Source of the DNA: Octopus bimaculoides
Taxonomy: Eukaryota
Direction: 5' to 3'
Length of the DNA stretch: 64,000 nt
NCBI RefSeq assembly: GCF_001194135.2
Contig: NC_068986.1
Coordinates: forward strand, 46,122,931 to 46,186,930
The notes beneath the pieces were generated by a model. It did no database searches, was not told where the DNA came from, and saw nothing but the letters and a program-made list of their open reading frames with translations. Below, piece by piece: positions 1-13,908 of this stretch; the first letter of the stretch is position 1, and the number at the start of each line of letters is the position of its first letter. Position numbers and translations under genes: made by a program.

Positions 1-900
1 GATAATAAGAAAGTACACAATGATATCATAAAAGAGTGTTATGTTAGTGTTTGAAACCTGATGAAATAGAGAAGCATGTTGCTTTTATAAATATGTATTG
101 AGTTGATAGCAACTTAGAGTTTGCTTTTAAAATGCCAGAAGTTAGTTTTATTGTACACTTTGTATCAAAATGGCATCAGATATAAAGAAAAAGTTTCTTA
201 ATAATAAATAAAAATCAAATTTTTATTATTCACCAAAACTAAAATGAAAGAAAGTATAATTTCGATGAAATATGTACCTCAGAATAATTGTCTCTTAATA
301 GAATTCCTTGGCATAAAAATAATTATTTTTCTTTTTCTTCAACTTTAAAAGAAGTCCAATTAAATAAAGCAAAACATAGTAACACAGAAATATTTAAATA
401 GTATATTATTGGTAATATAGTGTCAGAATTAGTTTTTGAACTTAAAATTGAACTAAAATTGATAAAAATTTAAGTAGTGATAAAAAATTAAGAAGGGATT
501 GTAATTTAAGAATGCAAGTGGTATGAAATATTAAATCTTAATTACTGTGTTATAACTTAGGAAAATACTAGTAAAGGATATTGGCAATGTACCCAAAATA
601 GACTAAGATGTATAGATGCATATTTTAATTTTAAATCAGTAATAGAGTAAAATACTAATTTGCATTTAAATGCTTAAGTAATTCATTAAAAACTGTAATT
701 AATTTATGAATTTGTGACAAAAATTGATGCATAACTCAATAAAATTTTCAAAATGCTCCCTAAGATATAGTCACTTTCTATTTCATAAATAACATAATTC
801 TCTATTTCCTACTCTCTTTTAATCATTTCTTTCATTGTACTACTTCTGATCTAGATCAGGTTCATTAGTGTTGAAAATATTTCCAATAAAATTGCCGCTA

Positions 901-1323
901 TTGTTGTTTAGCTCCAAATTAGCTCTGATGGAATAAACCTATGATCGAAGGCATTCAACCCATGACCATTCTACTTTTTTTTCTTTTTGCATATCTTGGA
1001 TTACACTAACCAATATGTCAGTACCTTTTAAGATAACAAGTTGTGATTTGAGGGGATTTTGTTGCTATTTTAGCAGATTGACAAATCCAATAACTCTCTT
1101 AATGGTCTGATTAATAATATAGCTGTTGTTTAACTCCAGATCAGTTCTTATTGAGAAGATTTATAATCAAAAGCATTTCAGACTTAAATATCTCAGATTT
1201 GTTAAGGGTTATATAAAAGAACACCAGGTAATGAGTCCCCTTTTTAAGTAGGACTATAATTTGAGAGAGTCATCTGCTATTTCTAACAGTTTGAATCACC
1301 TGGAATAGAGGTTTCCTCATTTG
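901..1323 (+). mobile_element. Two adjacent degenerate copies of an interspersed repeat (family B, SINE/MITE-like)
   Basis: The motifs tgttgtttaRctcca...tatRatcRaagcatt and tttgag...gctatttYtaRcag recur at 901 and 1124, again at about 32460 and 33200, and inverted at about 48290 and 58640. Confidence 0.55.
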
Positions 1324-3888
1324 CTCAATCAGCATGGTTTTCACTGGTAGCATTTACAGTTTGTAATTACACAATTGTAATTACATGGTATGTCCCAAAT
1401 GGATTCAGAAAAGGTGTTTATAACAGAGTAAAAAAAAAAAAGACACGAAAAAGAAATATTCACATTAAAAATCTTTTAAATTTTATTTCTTGTGAAATAC
1501 TTTGAATATTTCAAAATTATATTCTAAGTTGACATTGCTTTGGAATTATCTGAAACAAAATGCAATATTCGCATTATTTTGTAAATTGTTATAACAAAAA
1601 TTAACATCATGCAAAAAAAAAAAAAAAAAAAAAATTATAAGATAGAAGGCTTTGACTGAAGCATTAAGACTGTTATGCTGTATTAAACCCTAAATGAAAT
1701 GATACCTTTTTCTGTAGGCTCCAAATTTTCCAAATCTTCTAACATGTAACAAATTATTAAAAGTTAATTATTGACAAATACTTAAATTTACAATATAAAA
1801 AAAATATACACTGTCTGAATTTAATGATAGGTTAATTCAAAAATTTCAAATGATTATAAAATGCAATTGTATTATACAATGAATACATCTATTTTCCTTA
1901 TTCTACCAAATAGCAAATTATTTATTTCTTCATATCATACAGAAATTACTTAAGAAATATACAAGTTTTGTTTTAAAACAAAACATGTTTTAAAGTAAAA
2001 GAAGACAGATTGAAATTAGTTATGGATGTATATCTATGATAAATTGATTAGTCTTCAGAAATTACTGAAATCTGAAACCTATAACATTTTGTTATGTAAA
2101 CTACCTTGTAGAAATTTAAAAGATCTAGGAAATCTTTTAAAAGAAATTGAAAATGCCAAATTTGATTTGAATTATTTAAAAATAATTATCCTATAGTAGT
2201 TACTGACTGTATTGCTAACTAAAATAATAATAACTAAAACTAGTTAATCTTTAGTTATTATTTATAAAATAAGCCAGAAAAATCTTATATTTTCTGAAAA
2301 ATATTAAAAATATCAATGAAAGATACAATAATTCCAACAATATTGAATGCAAGGGTACAATGCATGGCTTATGACTAGGAAGAAGCGTTGGTATGATAGG
2401 TCAGTTTACTAATGTAATAGAACATTAGACTAAATATCTTACAATAAATCGTTCCTGGGCTATGATTTTATAAAATTCAATATGTGGTTGATAAAAAATA
2501 CAAGAAATATATGAGTTAATTCACTCAAATTTGGGTTTGTACCCATGTATTAAACTAATATTTGTCTAAAATTGAAATGAATTTTAAATTTTAAAAAGCT
2601 TTTATATTGTCTATTTTGTGGCAAATATGTTAGTTATTTTGACATTTACTCACTCATTCGAAATATTGAAATGCAAGAATTTATCTTTCATGATGTCATT
2701 ATAAAATTACGTTTTTTTATGGCATATCTCTTCTATCTAAATAATATCTATTTTATTGGTAACTAACCATATGTTTGTTTGACAATTTGGAATGAATATA
2801 AACTGCTGCACCCTCACCTTCAGTGTTCAGTATAATGCTAAAGACTGCTTTCAATAATTCAAATCAAGATGCTTCATTATATATTTTTTCCTTTAATATC
2901 AAATAAATTGATCATTTTTAAATTAAAATTTTTCCTCAACTGTTAGTTAAATTTTAAAATTGTATCACAGTTAAAGCTGCCAATATATTTTTCCATTTAA
3001 AATATATTTTTGGTGAAATCACACTTATAAAGTGCTCACTGGATGGATTTAATAAAACCTTACAGGAATTTAAAATTCTTCACATCATAATCCTGTAAGA
3101 CTGTCTAATTCTTATCATCGTCAGTAAAATTAATTTTAGCTGCCTTGGTTGTATGCACTTCTCAACTGTTTGCTCTCAAATTTTAAAGTGATCTTCATTA
3201 AATTTCATTAGGTAAAAATTGTACAACATTGATGCGCTTTTAATAACAGAATATGATTGGTTTTGCTACAGTCATTCATACTCTGTATTTTTTCTCTTTT
3301 TCATAAAATTTTATATAGCATTAAGATGATGTCTCACAATAAGAGGTAAACAAATTAAATTAAGTATCATAGATAAAACACATCAGCATTTTAAAATTTC
3401 ATATTGATATTGTTTTCTTGGTGGGTTTCTCATTGTTATTTACTACATATCTAAAGATAAGTACCATTGATTTAAATTATCAATTTCCTTTGTAACATTT
3501 AAAAGATGAAAATGTTCATAAGAGGGAGAAAAAAAAACAGCAACCAAAGTTTCACTAATATACTACGTAGCCCTGTCTTGAGTGGCAATGAAGGATAAGG
3601 AATATTCTGGAATATTACTAAAAAAAAATCAATAACAACACAATTGATTACCAAGTGAATGAAACTATATAACCAGCATTATCAGAATAATAATGTAATG
3701 CTCCCCAAAATTTCATAAATTTAATCATCAAAATATTATCGGCATGTGAACACTGATATAATTAGGAAACATTTTCTGGAATATAGAATGGGAATGTATT
3801 TCAGAATGCAGGATGGCATTTTATTTTTTGTTATTACAGCAAAATCTATTTTTCTCTCTCCCAACTTCTCTATACTTCTGTGTATATA

Positions 3889-4501
3889 NNNNNNNNNNNN
3901 NNNNNNNNNNNNNNNNNNNNNNNNNNNNNNNNNNNNNNNNNNNNNNNNNNNNNNNNNNNNNNNNNNNNNNNNNNNNNNNNNNNNNNNNNNNNNNNNNNNN
4001 NNNNNNNNNNNNNNNNNNNNNNNNNNNNNNNNNNNNNNNNNNNNNNNNNNNNNNNNNNNNNNNNNNNNNNNNNNNNNNNNNNNNNNNNNNNNNNNNNNNN
4101 NNNNNNNNNNNNNNNNNNNNNNNNNNNNNNNNNNNNNNNNNNNNNNNNNNNNNNNNNNNNNNNNNNNNNNNNNNNNNNNNNNNNNNNNNNNNNNNNNNNN
4201 NNNNNNNNNNNNNNNNNNNNNNNNNNNNNNNNNNNNNNNNNNNNNNNNNNNNNNNNNNNNNNNNNNNNNNNNNNNNNNNNNNNNNNNNNNNNNNNNNNNN
4301 NNNNNNNNNNNNNNNNNNNNNNNNNNNNNNNNNNNNNNNNNNNNNNNNNNNNNNNNNNNNNNNNNNNNNNNNNNNNNNNNNNNNNNNNNNNNNNNNNNNN
4401 NNNNNNNNNNNNNNNNNNNNNNNNNNNNNNNNNNNNNNNNNNNNNNNNNNNNNNNNNNNNNNNNNNNNNNNNNNNNNNNNNNNNNNNNNNNNNNNNNNNN
4501 N
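3889..4501. other. Assembly gap (613 N) flanked by (TA)n
   Basis: N run in the sequence. Confidence 1.
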
Positions 4502-7500
4502 ATATATATATATATATATATATATAGTAGATATGCATGCTTATAGGAATACATGCATTATATTATATCTATCTCTATAAATATAGTATGTGTGCATATT
4601 TGTGCATGTGCATGTCCATGTACACACATCCACACACAAGCATGCTCGTTGCAAGTTGTACCATGTTCTGTATCTATGTATATTATTTATGAGCTACAAA
4701 ATAATTCTTATTTTATTTTACCTTAAAAATAAAGTATAAATTACGTTCATTATTTTTTTTCATTTAAAATATCTACGGTTTAAGAAATAAAATGAACTAA
4801 ATTATTTCAAACCCAGAGAAAATTCAATACATACTGATATAAAGAGATGATTAAAATATGGAGACTTTTTTTCCAAGATTTTGATGTATTGCATAATATG
4901 TAGAAACAAGGATATATGAAAAAATGTACAGAAGAGAATATTACAATGAAAATGCTAAAAAAATAAACTGAAAATATAACATATGCACGAAATAAATCGA
5001 GTTGCTTTCAAAAAAATTGATTTGATGCTGCACAAGTATGTGCTATTTGAGATCATTTAAAAAATAAATTAAGCTGGTACCAAAAGGTACAAAAAATGTT
5101 TCACAATACTGACAAAATATAAACATTAATAAATTTACAGAGACTTTTATTCAGTACAAAATAGAGAAATCCACAAGTGTCTTTGATATGAATTATTTCA
5201 GAAAAAGTGATTGGTTAAACAGTTTTGTTTATTATATTAACAAGCTTTATCAACAGTTTGTTGATAAATACAATTTTATGCACAAAGCTTCTTTCTTTAT
5301 CCACACATCTAAGGAAAATTTAATAGAAATATATAAAACAGCATGTTTTAAATGCAGAATCACAAGGCCAGCAATAAGCCTACAGTAATGAAATAGAATT
5401 GTGAAAGGGACAACTACTGCAGATCAGAAGATATATATTTTAGTGTAGATTTTTCTGATAATATCTATGGCAAAACAAAATTAAATGGTTTGTCAGAGAC
5501 TCAGAAGATCTACCATTTATTAGAATACAATACTTTGAACAGAATTTAACCAGATCCAAAACTGGACATTTGAAATATATATTAAATATAGTTTTACTAA
5601 TGCTGACCATTTAATTATGAAACAGAAGAGCATTAGTAAAACAAACTGAATTTGTAATCATTGGTTTATGATCAAACCTTTGAAGATAATCTTTTCAAAA
5701 TAAAACTAAAATCTAATAAAAGCCATTCAGCTTAATACTGATAGTCACTCTACATAGAACTCATAGAAAATGAAAATAATTCTTAATCATTCTTAGTGCA
5801 TAACATCAAGAACTTTGATGTTTTATTAGTTTTTTTGTGAATTTGAAGATGCTCAATTGAAAATTTGGTTTACAAATTTCATCAAACTCACTTACAAGAA
5901 TATTTTTTGATTATATTTGTTTATCAGCTATAGTAAATTAAAAATAAAGAGAAAAAAATTCAGAAAATCACTAATAACACATAAACGGATTCAGAGTTTT
6001 CTAAAGAAAAGTTCAATGTTTATAACGAAATCCTATAGACATAAAATTACATTACTATATAAAGTAATGAAATTATAAACCAAAATCCCCAAGTCATACA
6101 TAAAATTCACTATAATGTTCATAAAGAGAGACAGAAACTATCACATATCATTTCAGTAAGAAATTATTGATATTTAGCACTGACTCCAAAATGTGGATTG
6201 GCATGACAAGCTTGGTACACCACCAGGAATTTGAATAAAATTATTCTTCGCTTACAAACAGAAAATGTCAAATGAAATAGAAGTTTGCAAATGATATTGA
6301 AATATCAATCCACAGAATTAAAAAAAAAAAAATCTCATTTTCCCTTTCATAGTCTTAAATAACAGTACAAGTATAGTCATAGAAAAATGTTAAAAATGCC
6401 ATTCAGAGATGGAAGTAAAAGTAGGTGATAAAGATTCCGCCCATTAGAAGATAGATCTTTCAATATTTGTCAACTTATCCCACAAGAGATTTTCTTTTAG
6501 AATCTGTACTTGTTTAGGTATATATATATATATAAAATAGTAGAAATAATAGAGCAAATTTGTATAGCTATTTCCTCTTAAGCAAAAATGACACAGACTA
6601 TTTATACTTCTAGTTATAAGAGCTATATGATAATTAGTTTTTATAATACCAAATAGTCTTTCTCACTGATTGATGTAGCAGAAAAATGGCTCTTAATCAT
6701 TTGATATCAATACTACATATCTAGACTCATTTTCGTTAATTTCTAAAATACAGACAACTTACAAAAAAAAGTGAAAAAGAGTTAAAAACTAGATTATTAC
6801 CTTTTCAAAATAATTTATCAACAAATTGTTATATGCACAAACCATACAATGAAAGAATCTGAGTCAGTTTCATTTAAGTTATGCAATTTTAAAAAATATA
6901 AAACAAATTGAATTTAGTTAATTATTTTTTATACATTTTAACAGAAAAGAAATGACTTTTCACTGAGATGTATATAAGAGCATAACTTCAAAAACTATAC
7001 TAATAGTCAAATGTTCTTTACTTTCACTTTATCCGTTAGCATTTAAAATCATAACTGAAGAATTTCTAGGATTATTATGGCCTAGAAGCATGCACCTCTT
7101 CTTAAGAGGCATGCACCTCTTCCTAAGATTGTGGCATATAGTGATAAGTGCTTTTACTAATGAAACAACATGGAACCTTTTGACAGATAATAAATTGGTA
7201 TATATTGACTATGTATACCGTATTTAGCATTATTCATCCCATTTGCTAATTAATAGTCATAAATATCCACTTGATATGTTATCTCTCTTCCCCAGACAGT
7301 AGAAATGTTTTTTAATAAATGTTATCTTATTACCAGAAAGAAATTGTTTTTGAAAGTTGCAATAGAAAAAAAAAGTGTCACTTTATTATATCTTCATTTT
7401 CTGTTAGTTATTTATTCTTTGTGGATATGGACAACTATTTGAACTATTCTCTTTATCTTCATTACCCACATTACAGCCAAATGGGCTGTAAACATCAGCT

Positions 7501-9934
7501 CCTTTTGATCATGAGAGATAAGGCAGGCTTAAGAAAATAAATACGTAAATGTCCCTTTTACATTTACATCTGGATATTGATTAGATACTCTGAAAAGTAA
7601 TCTGATGCATACTTTATGGTTGGTGTAGTATGACATACACAATGATACTGAAAGCAATTTTTTTAATAAATATTTTAAGGATTATATTTTCATGAATTGG
7701 AGTACACTGGTCAACTACAAGGTGGGATTCATCCAAGTGATTGAGATAGATAAAGGATGTGCTTTGGGAAAAGGAAGAAATCAATGCAACTCACAACCTT
7801 TGTATTAGTCAGAAAACATAAAGCACATTAATTAGCCACTCCATATGCATTAAAAAGCAGCCATTCTGTATTTGTATCTGAAATCCTAAGAAACTTCTTC
7901 CTCAATTTTATGAAGCAATCTTCTCTTTTGGCATAAAATGATGCATACAGAAATGGAATAACAAAATAATTCACTGCAAAATATATTGAACTTTGTTTAT
8001 ATTTCTTCTATTGATTATTGTATTTAACTGATAGAAATAATTGATTTATTCAAGTAGCATGGAGTTGCTTTTCTCTATTGAAAATATAACCAAAAACAAC
8101 AAATGATTATAAAATGGGGAAATAACAACAGTGTTCTTTAAAAATCAACCATATATGAAGCTGTAAGTTATTCTAAAATCTGTGAAATATATACTGTACT
8201 TTAAGGAGGATCAATAATATACTCTAGATAAAAATCAGATATTTGATTATTGTGGAAACAGCATGTAAGTATAAATGGTTATTGAAAAGAAAAAAGTGCT
8301 GCTTAAAAAAATATTTTAAAATCTCATAAAAACTTTATGGTAAAAAGAAATCTATTAAAAAACTTTCCAGAAAAAATATTGCATAATTTTTTAATGTAAA
8401 TTTCTGAAGCTGACAGGATGAACAGATAGGGAGGGAAATTTTTGCATAAAATGTATCTTCAATATTGTCTACTTTAAACTTCTATTAAACTTTCAGTATT
8501 TCCTAAGTTGATAGAATTCTTATTCATCACTATGCTATAAATATCTATTCATTATATATAACCTTTTGTCAGTATATTTGGTTATCTAAAATAGCAGTAA
8601 AAATAAATGATAAATGAACATCAACGAACCAACTTGCTAAAGTCAGTTATTCCAATTGGATATAAAAGGTAAAATATGGCAAAGCAAAGAGATAATGGCT
8701 AATTTCAAATATATGGCTAAAATTGTATTTTACAATATATACCAAATAATAATGCAACAGAGAGACTATCAAAATTAAAAAGCAGAAGCTAAGTATATTT
8801 ATTTTTATATTTTTAGAAAATATCTACTTGGTCTTGCTTTAATCTTTATCTAGAGCTACAATTACAAATATTTGAAGCTATTTTGTAAGACTATCTGTTG
8901 ATAATCTACTTCTAGAACAAATTCTCTTAATATAATAGTACCCTTTATCACAACCAATAATCTATCTACTAAAGAGCATTTAAGGAAATCTCTCAGTAGA
9001 ACAATACATTGAAAGGAATTACCATACAAATAGCAAATTGACCTGATTATTTCAAAATGATATAATATATTTTAAGTAGATTTCAATTTTTTTTTACCAT
9101 ATCAATACACAGATTAGAAGTGAGTGAAATGCATCATGAGAAATTTTATTTAACTGTTTATTCTGTCAAGAATCTACTTCTAATAATATATGATCACTGG
9201 TAAACTTTTGAAATTTCTAAAGCAACATTATTTTTTTATATAACTAATCTAATAAGATTTATTGTTTATATTTTAGCTGATGGATTTACAACAAAGTCCA
9301 ATATGACTATATTTTATCAACAAATGAATTGCTGGGAGAAACATGAGTGTTGATAAGTGTACTTCTGGATAATAAAACTTTATGCAGAGTACTTATAAAT
9401 ACAGTTAAAAATAGATAATTACTTTGGTTAGAAGTGTTTTCTTCCTTTTTATTCAGTTCTCTTTCATTTTCTTCTATAGCATTTTGTTATAAAAAGAAAA
9501 CTATATATTTTCATAAAATCTCCTGCTTGTAGTAATATTTAAGGGATCAATAATTGGTAACCAGACATAGCAACACTTTGGAATGTTGATAGTGTTTATG
9601 ATAGTTTTATTTAACACGTCTAAATATAACTTGAAACTAGTAAAACTTACAGAAAATTTCATGATTCTAAAAGTTCACACTAAACTCAAGTTTGATATAA
9701 TATGAAAATGAATGAGTAAGAATGTAAATAAAACTAAAAGAATTAGAAACCTAAATAAAATAATCAATATGCAGACCTGTTTTCTAAATTTGATTGATAA
9801 CTTGTTTTCTAAACTTAACACATGGTGACTTCTTTCTTTTATCATAGTTAATAGATAAACTTCATAATTTCATTTTACTAGATGCTTAAATATACTAATT
9901 TTAACATATCTGTGCTGTAGAAGCATACAATATA

Positions 9935-9970
9935 ATATATATATATATATATATATACATATATATATAC

Positions 9971-10001
<31 letters not shown>

Positions 10002-10014
10002 CATATATATATAC

Positions 10015-10048
<34 letters not shown>

Positions 10049-10069
10049 GTATATATGTATATATATATA
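9935..10069. repeat. (TA)n microsatellite with periodic C/G interruptions
   Basis: Seen directly. Confidence 0.95.
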
Positions 10070-10552
10070 AAGAGAAATAAACAATAATTGTTTCAAACAT
10101 AATTTCTTTGTTATTTAAACTTCTATGTGAATGATATATTCCAATTTACATAAATATGTATTATAAGGAGTAGAAAGTAACATAAAGAAATAGAAAATAA
10201 CAATAATTTTGTAAAAGCAGTTATTGAAAGAATACAATTTTTTTCTGTTCCTTTACATGAAGCCATTTTAGTGATATACTTCTTAAAAACTGAGTTGATC
10301 AAAATACTTTTCTCTTTCAGCTGAATGATTAAAAAATATTCCAGAATATTATGCCAAAAGAACACTCCAGAAATAGATAAGAAAATAGAAAAGTATTTTG
10401 AGATTTCCACTTTCTGCATTTTTTTTTTGTTTTAAATATAACCTCTTCCTGTCCAAACCCTTCTCTTCCTACTAAATGCTGTTTGTACATTCCAGTAGCA
10501 TTGGTTTTTCAGCTGAACTTTTTTTTCCTATTGTATTTCAAAATTTCCCTTT

Positions 10553-10630
10553 CTATGTGGAGTTTAAGGATAGGAAGGTATCTAGGAGATCTTTTGATCG
10601 CCCTATGTATTTATCCAATGGAAGTTCATT
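10553..10630 (-). CDS. Candidate terminal coding exon of an unidentified minus-strand gene (NELPLDKYIGRSKDLLDTFLSLNST*)
   Basis: Very strong acceptor on the minus strand (aattttattttccttttgtttttctttcag), then 25 open codons in phase 0 and TAG. No homology recognised. Confidence 0.2.
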   Translation of the reverse strand, partial: NELPLDKYIGRSKDLLDTFLSLNST

Positions 10631-11080
10631 CTGAAAGAAAAACAAAAGGAAAATAAAATTCCAAGCACTGTATTATGAAGAGATTGAGATAAGCTTAACG
10701 GGCAGGAGAAATATTACGTTAATGCAATATAGTAAACTGATCTGCTTGCCCTGTTGTTCAATTTATAGTGACCACTGAATATGAACTTTTAAATTAGATT
10801 TCATTGCTAGAGTACTTTTAATGTAATCTATCTTAAAGCAATTCTTGTGATGTGCAAAAGATTAAAAGAAAGTTTAAAGAAATTGTTGATGTTTCTTTAC
10901 TAAAGATTCAAGCTTGTCATATTAATATAAAAGAAATTTTAGAATTTTTCTGTCTTTTTGTGTCTTGTCTGAAGCCATTTATTGAAATCAAATAAGTGAA
11001 AAAATTATTGCTTAAAAAAGAGCTAACATTAAACAAAATAGGAAATCTTTTTGATAAAAGACCAAGTAATATTATCATAA

Positions 11081-11200
11081 TACACATACATACATACATG
11101 CATACATACATACATACATACATACGTACGTACGTACATACATACATACATACGTACATACATACACACACATATATATATGTGTGTGTGTGTGTGTGTG
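11081..11200. repeat. Compound (TACA)n/(TA)n/(TG)n microsatellite
   Basis: Seen directly. Confidence 0.95.
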
Positions 11201-11284
11201 TATTCATATATATGCATATGTATGTTTATATATATTCATTTATATATAAGGGCAATATATAACCCACAACTCCAAATAAAAGAT

Positions 11285-11417
11285 TACAGGGCTTGCTTCT
11301 CAACCACATGATTCTGAGTTCAGTCCCACAGCATGGCACCTTGGGCAAGTGTCTTCTACTAAAACCTTGAGTCAACCAAAGCCTTTTTTAAGTGGATTTG
11401 GCTGACAGAAACTGAAA
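11285..11417 (+). mobile_element. tRNA-derived SINE family A, 5' part, running into a gap
   Basis: gggttcagtccca-like B box followed by ggcaccttgggcaagtgtcttctact...gtggatttgg...gaaactgaaa; matches the copies at 21135 and 50508. Confidence 0.8.
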
Positions 11418-11772
11418 NNNNNNNNNNNNNNNNNNNNNNNNNNNNNNNNNNNNNNNNNNNNNNNNNNNNNNNNNNNNNNNNNNNNNNNNNNNNNNNNNNN
11501 NNNNNNNNNNNNNNNNNNNNNNNNNNNNNNNNNNNNNNNNNNNNNNNNNNNNNNNNNNNNNNNNNNNNNNNNNNNNNNNNNNNNNNNNNNNNNNNNNNNN
11601 NNNNNNNNNNNNNNNNNNNNNNNNNNNNNNNNNNNNNNNNNNNNNNNNNNNNNNNNNNNNNNNNNNNNNNNNNNNNNNNNNNNNNNNNNNNNNNNNNNNN
11701 NNNNNNNNNNNNNNNNNNNNNNNNNNNNNNNNNNNNNNNNNNNNNNNNNNNNNNNNNNNNNNNNNNNNNNNN
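11418..11772. other. Assembly gap (355 N)
   Basis: N run. Confidence 1.
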
Positions 11773-11820
<48 letters not shown>

Positions 11821-11864
11821 TATTTATGTATAACATACATTAGCGGATTGTGAATCATCTACTA

Positions 11865-12065
11865 TAGTTTCTAGTTGCCCAATGCCTTCTCAGTGAGCTT
11901 AGTAGTCAGAAAGTGTATGGAAGCCTGTTGAACTTATATATATATATTTGGTATATCTATGGAAATGTGTCTTTGTGCCTGTGTCCCTACTCCCACTTGA
12001 TAACCTGTGTTGATTTGTTGATTTCCATAACTTAGCAGTTCAGTAAGTATACAATAAGTATCAGA
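11865..12065 (+). mobile_element. Degenerate SINE family A fragment
   Basis: cagtgagcttagtagtcagaaagtg...gaagcctg followed by gtgtctttgtg...cttgataacc...ttagcagttcag resembles the body of family A. Confidence 0.45.
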
Positions 12066-12750
12066 TTTAAAGGATCAGAATTAAAGGATATGTATATATT
12101 TCATGAATAAAATCCGTTTAACAATATTATCTTTATTGGAAGCCATTGATTGTCCTTAATGAGTCATCAGGTGTCTGATGGACTGAATTTGATGGACTGT
12201 TCATTGAATTTATGAGTTAAGAGGCTGAAAGCTCATTAACCTTTAGGAATAATTCTCAAGTAGTGTCAGCATCTATACATATATATAGATGGACCACCAG
12301 CCTACAGGATTACACACACTAATGGGGATATTGGCAGACTGGTCGATCATGTGGTCATGAATGTCATAAAATTTTGTGAAAGCTTGGTAGAATGTTTTTT
12401 TACCATAGTCTTGAGTCAAACTGGGAAGAAAGAAACTGTGAGGAAGCCTGTCAGAAGGATATACATATTATATATAATATAATATATCTGTTATATACCT
12501 TTTTTTCCACAAGTCCATACTTGATATGCATGTGTGTCTGTGTGTATGTGCATATAAATATACACATATAGATAGACACACGTCACATGTATTTCATAAT
12601 ATATATATATACATAGATTTATACACGTTTATATATCCATATATATATATATAAATATATATGTATGTATGTGTGTGAGTGTGCATATAAACACATATAC
12701 ATACAGGTTTGGTGATCCAAACTGGAGAAATATAGCTCAAAATTCAAGAG

Positions 12751-12781
<31 letters not shown>

Positions 12782-12840
12782 TTTAACTGTAGAGCTATAT
12801 ACTATAGGCATGCTGTCTCCTCTCTGTATTTTATATTGCT

Positions 12841-12888
12841 TGTGAGGTACTATGGCTATTGCTTATACAATAGCCACTGTACCTCACA
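12841..12888. other. Hairpin: 21-bp stem (2 mismatches), 6-nt loop
   Basis: tgtgaggtactatggctattg / cttata / caatagccactgtacctcaca. Confidence 0.9.
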
Positions 12889-13015
12889 GTTGGAAAGTCT
12901 TGTTGTTCCTCTACTAAGGCACTCTCGGTATCCTTGACTCTCCACCTCATATCACTAACCGCTTTTCCTAGTCATTTTTCCCCAGAACATTGGCTCCCTA
13001 GAACATCCTTCCTCA

Positions 13016-13205
13016 TGTTTTTGCTGTAGATATGGACCTGCAATAGCTTAAATGGAACATTAACAACATCACATTCACTGGTCTCAGTGGCCCTGCAAAG
13101 ATTATNNNNNNNNNNTGTTTTTGCTGTAGATATGGACCTGCAATAGCTTAAATGGAACATTAACAACATCACATTCACTGGTCTCAGTGGCCCTGCAAAG
13201 ATTAT
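13016..13205. other. Exact 90-bp duplication on either side of a 10-N gap (likely contig-overlap artefact)
   Basis: 13016-13105 is identical to 13116-13205, with N at 13106-13115. Confidence 0.85.
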
Positions 13206-13366
13206 GAGTACTACCCCTACCTTCAGACTAAGCAAGTTAAAAAAAATGGTCTGAGCTTTTCATGTGTTACACTTATCAAACTAGTTTCATAAATTTAATG
13301 CACAAAACTCTTGGAACTTGAGTCGCTTAAGTAGCATAACAGCAGAACAAAAAGTACTATGTGCAT

Positions 13367-13408
<42 letters not shown>

Positions 13409-13636
13409 ATTTATATATATATATGTTCCACATACTATTAGTAAAAAAAAACTAAGAACATATTCAGTTATGTATTGTATGAGGCAGGATCACATTTATT
13501 TATAGCATTTATTTCTCAACTGTTAGAGTCCTGCTTCTATGCCAAACTGAAACAGAAATGACTCACTAATCATAGAGACAAACTTTATGAATAATATGTG
13601 TGAGAGTCTGTGTGTGTGTGTGTATTTGTGTATGCT

Positions 13637-13797
13637 CAGGCATGACTGTCTGTTCAAGAAGTGTTCTAAATCATGTGATTTGAGGTTCAATCCTACAAAT
13701 CACAGTCTGGTGCATTGGGCATGTCTCTTTTTACTATAGCCACAGGACAACCAAAACCTTGTAAGTGGATATGGCAGACGGAACCTGAAAGAAGCCT
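13637..13797 (+). mobile_element. SINE family A, degenerate 5' part, followed by (TA)/(TG) microsatellite
   Basis: aggcatgactg...ggttcaatcc...ttgggcatgtctcttttactatagcc...gtggatatggcagacggaacctgaaagaagcc. Confidence 0.7.
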
Positions 13798-13803
13798 CTT
13801 ATA

Positions 13804-13908
<105 letters not shown>

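Larger units (their letters stand above)
12808..13240 (+). mobile_element. 3' fragment of a CR1/L2/Jockey-group LINE ORF2
   Basis: Manual translation with frameshifts: AVSSL...YNSHCTSQLESLV.PLLRHSR ... NRFS*SFFPRTLAP*NILPHVFAVDMDLQ*LKWNINNI, similar to the SFFPRT..WN.LP C-terminus of these LINEs. Confidence 0.55.

Noticed and set aside
1965-1984. 20-bp perfect palindrome; also 8-10 bp stems at 5246, 18541, 26833, 59013 and 60568
   Set aside because: Short stems of this size are expected by chance in 64 kb of AT-rich DNA.
3736-4580. Long ORFs spanning N runs (also at 11372, 19165, 21188, 27560)
   Set aside because: They are open only because N codons contain no stops.
4860-5900. Possible MULE-like transposase relics (also about 46900-47700, minus strand)
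   Set aside because: Only vague YF...WL-type resemblance; no ordered catalytic motifs could be verified.
7088-7129. 21-bp tandem duplication
   Set aside because: Ordinary slippage event with no further structure.
9870-10100. YI/HT/CV/RE-repeat ORFs throughout the window
   Set aside because: Translations of (TA)n, (CA)n, (TG)n and (GA)n microsatellites.
10123-10419. 98-aa hydrophobic ORF resembling a membrane protein
   Set aside because: F/L/I/K composition is typical of random AT-rich frames; no motif or splice support.
12843-12864. let-7 resemblance (tgaggtac...)
   Set aside because: Only the first 7 nt match; seed position 8 and the rest differ, and the context is a LINE relic.
13016-13205. 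Biological tandem duplication
   Set aside because: Identical copies abut a 10-N placeholder gap, typical of unmerged contig ends.
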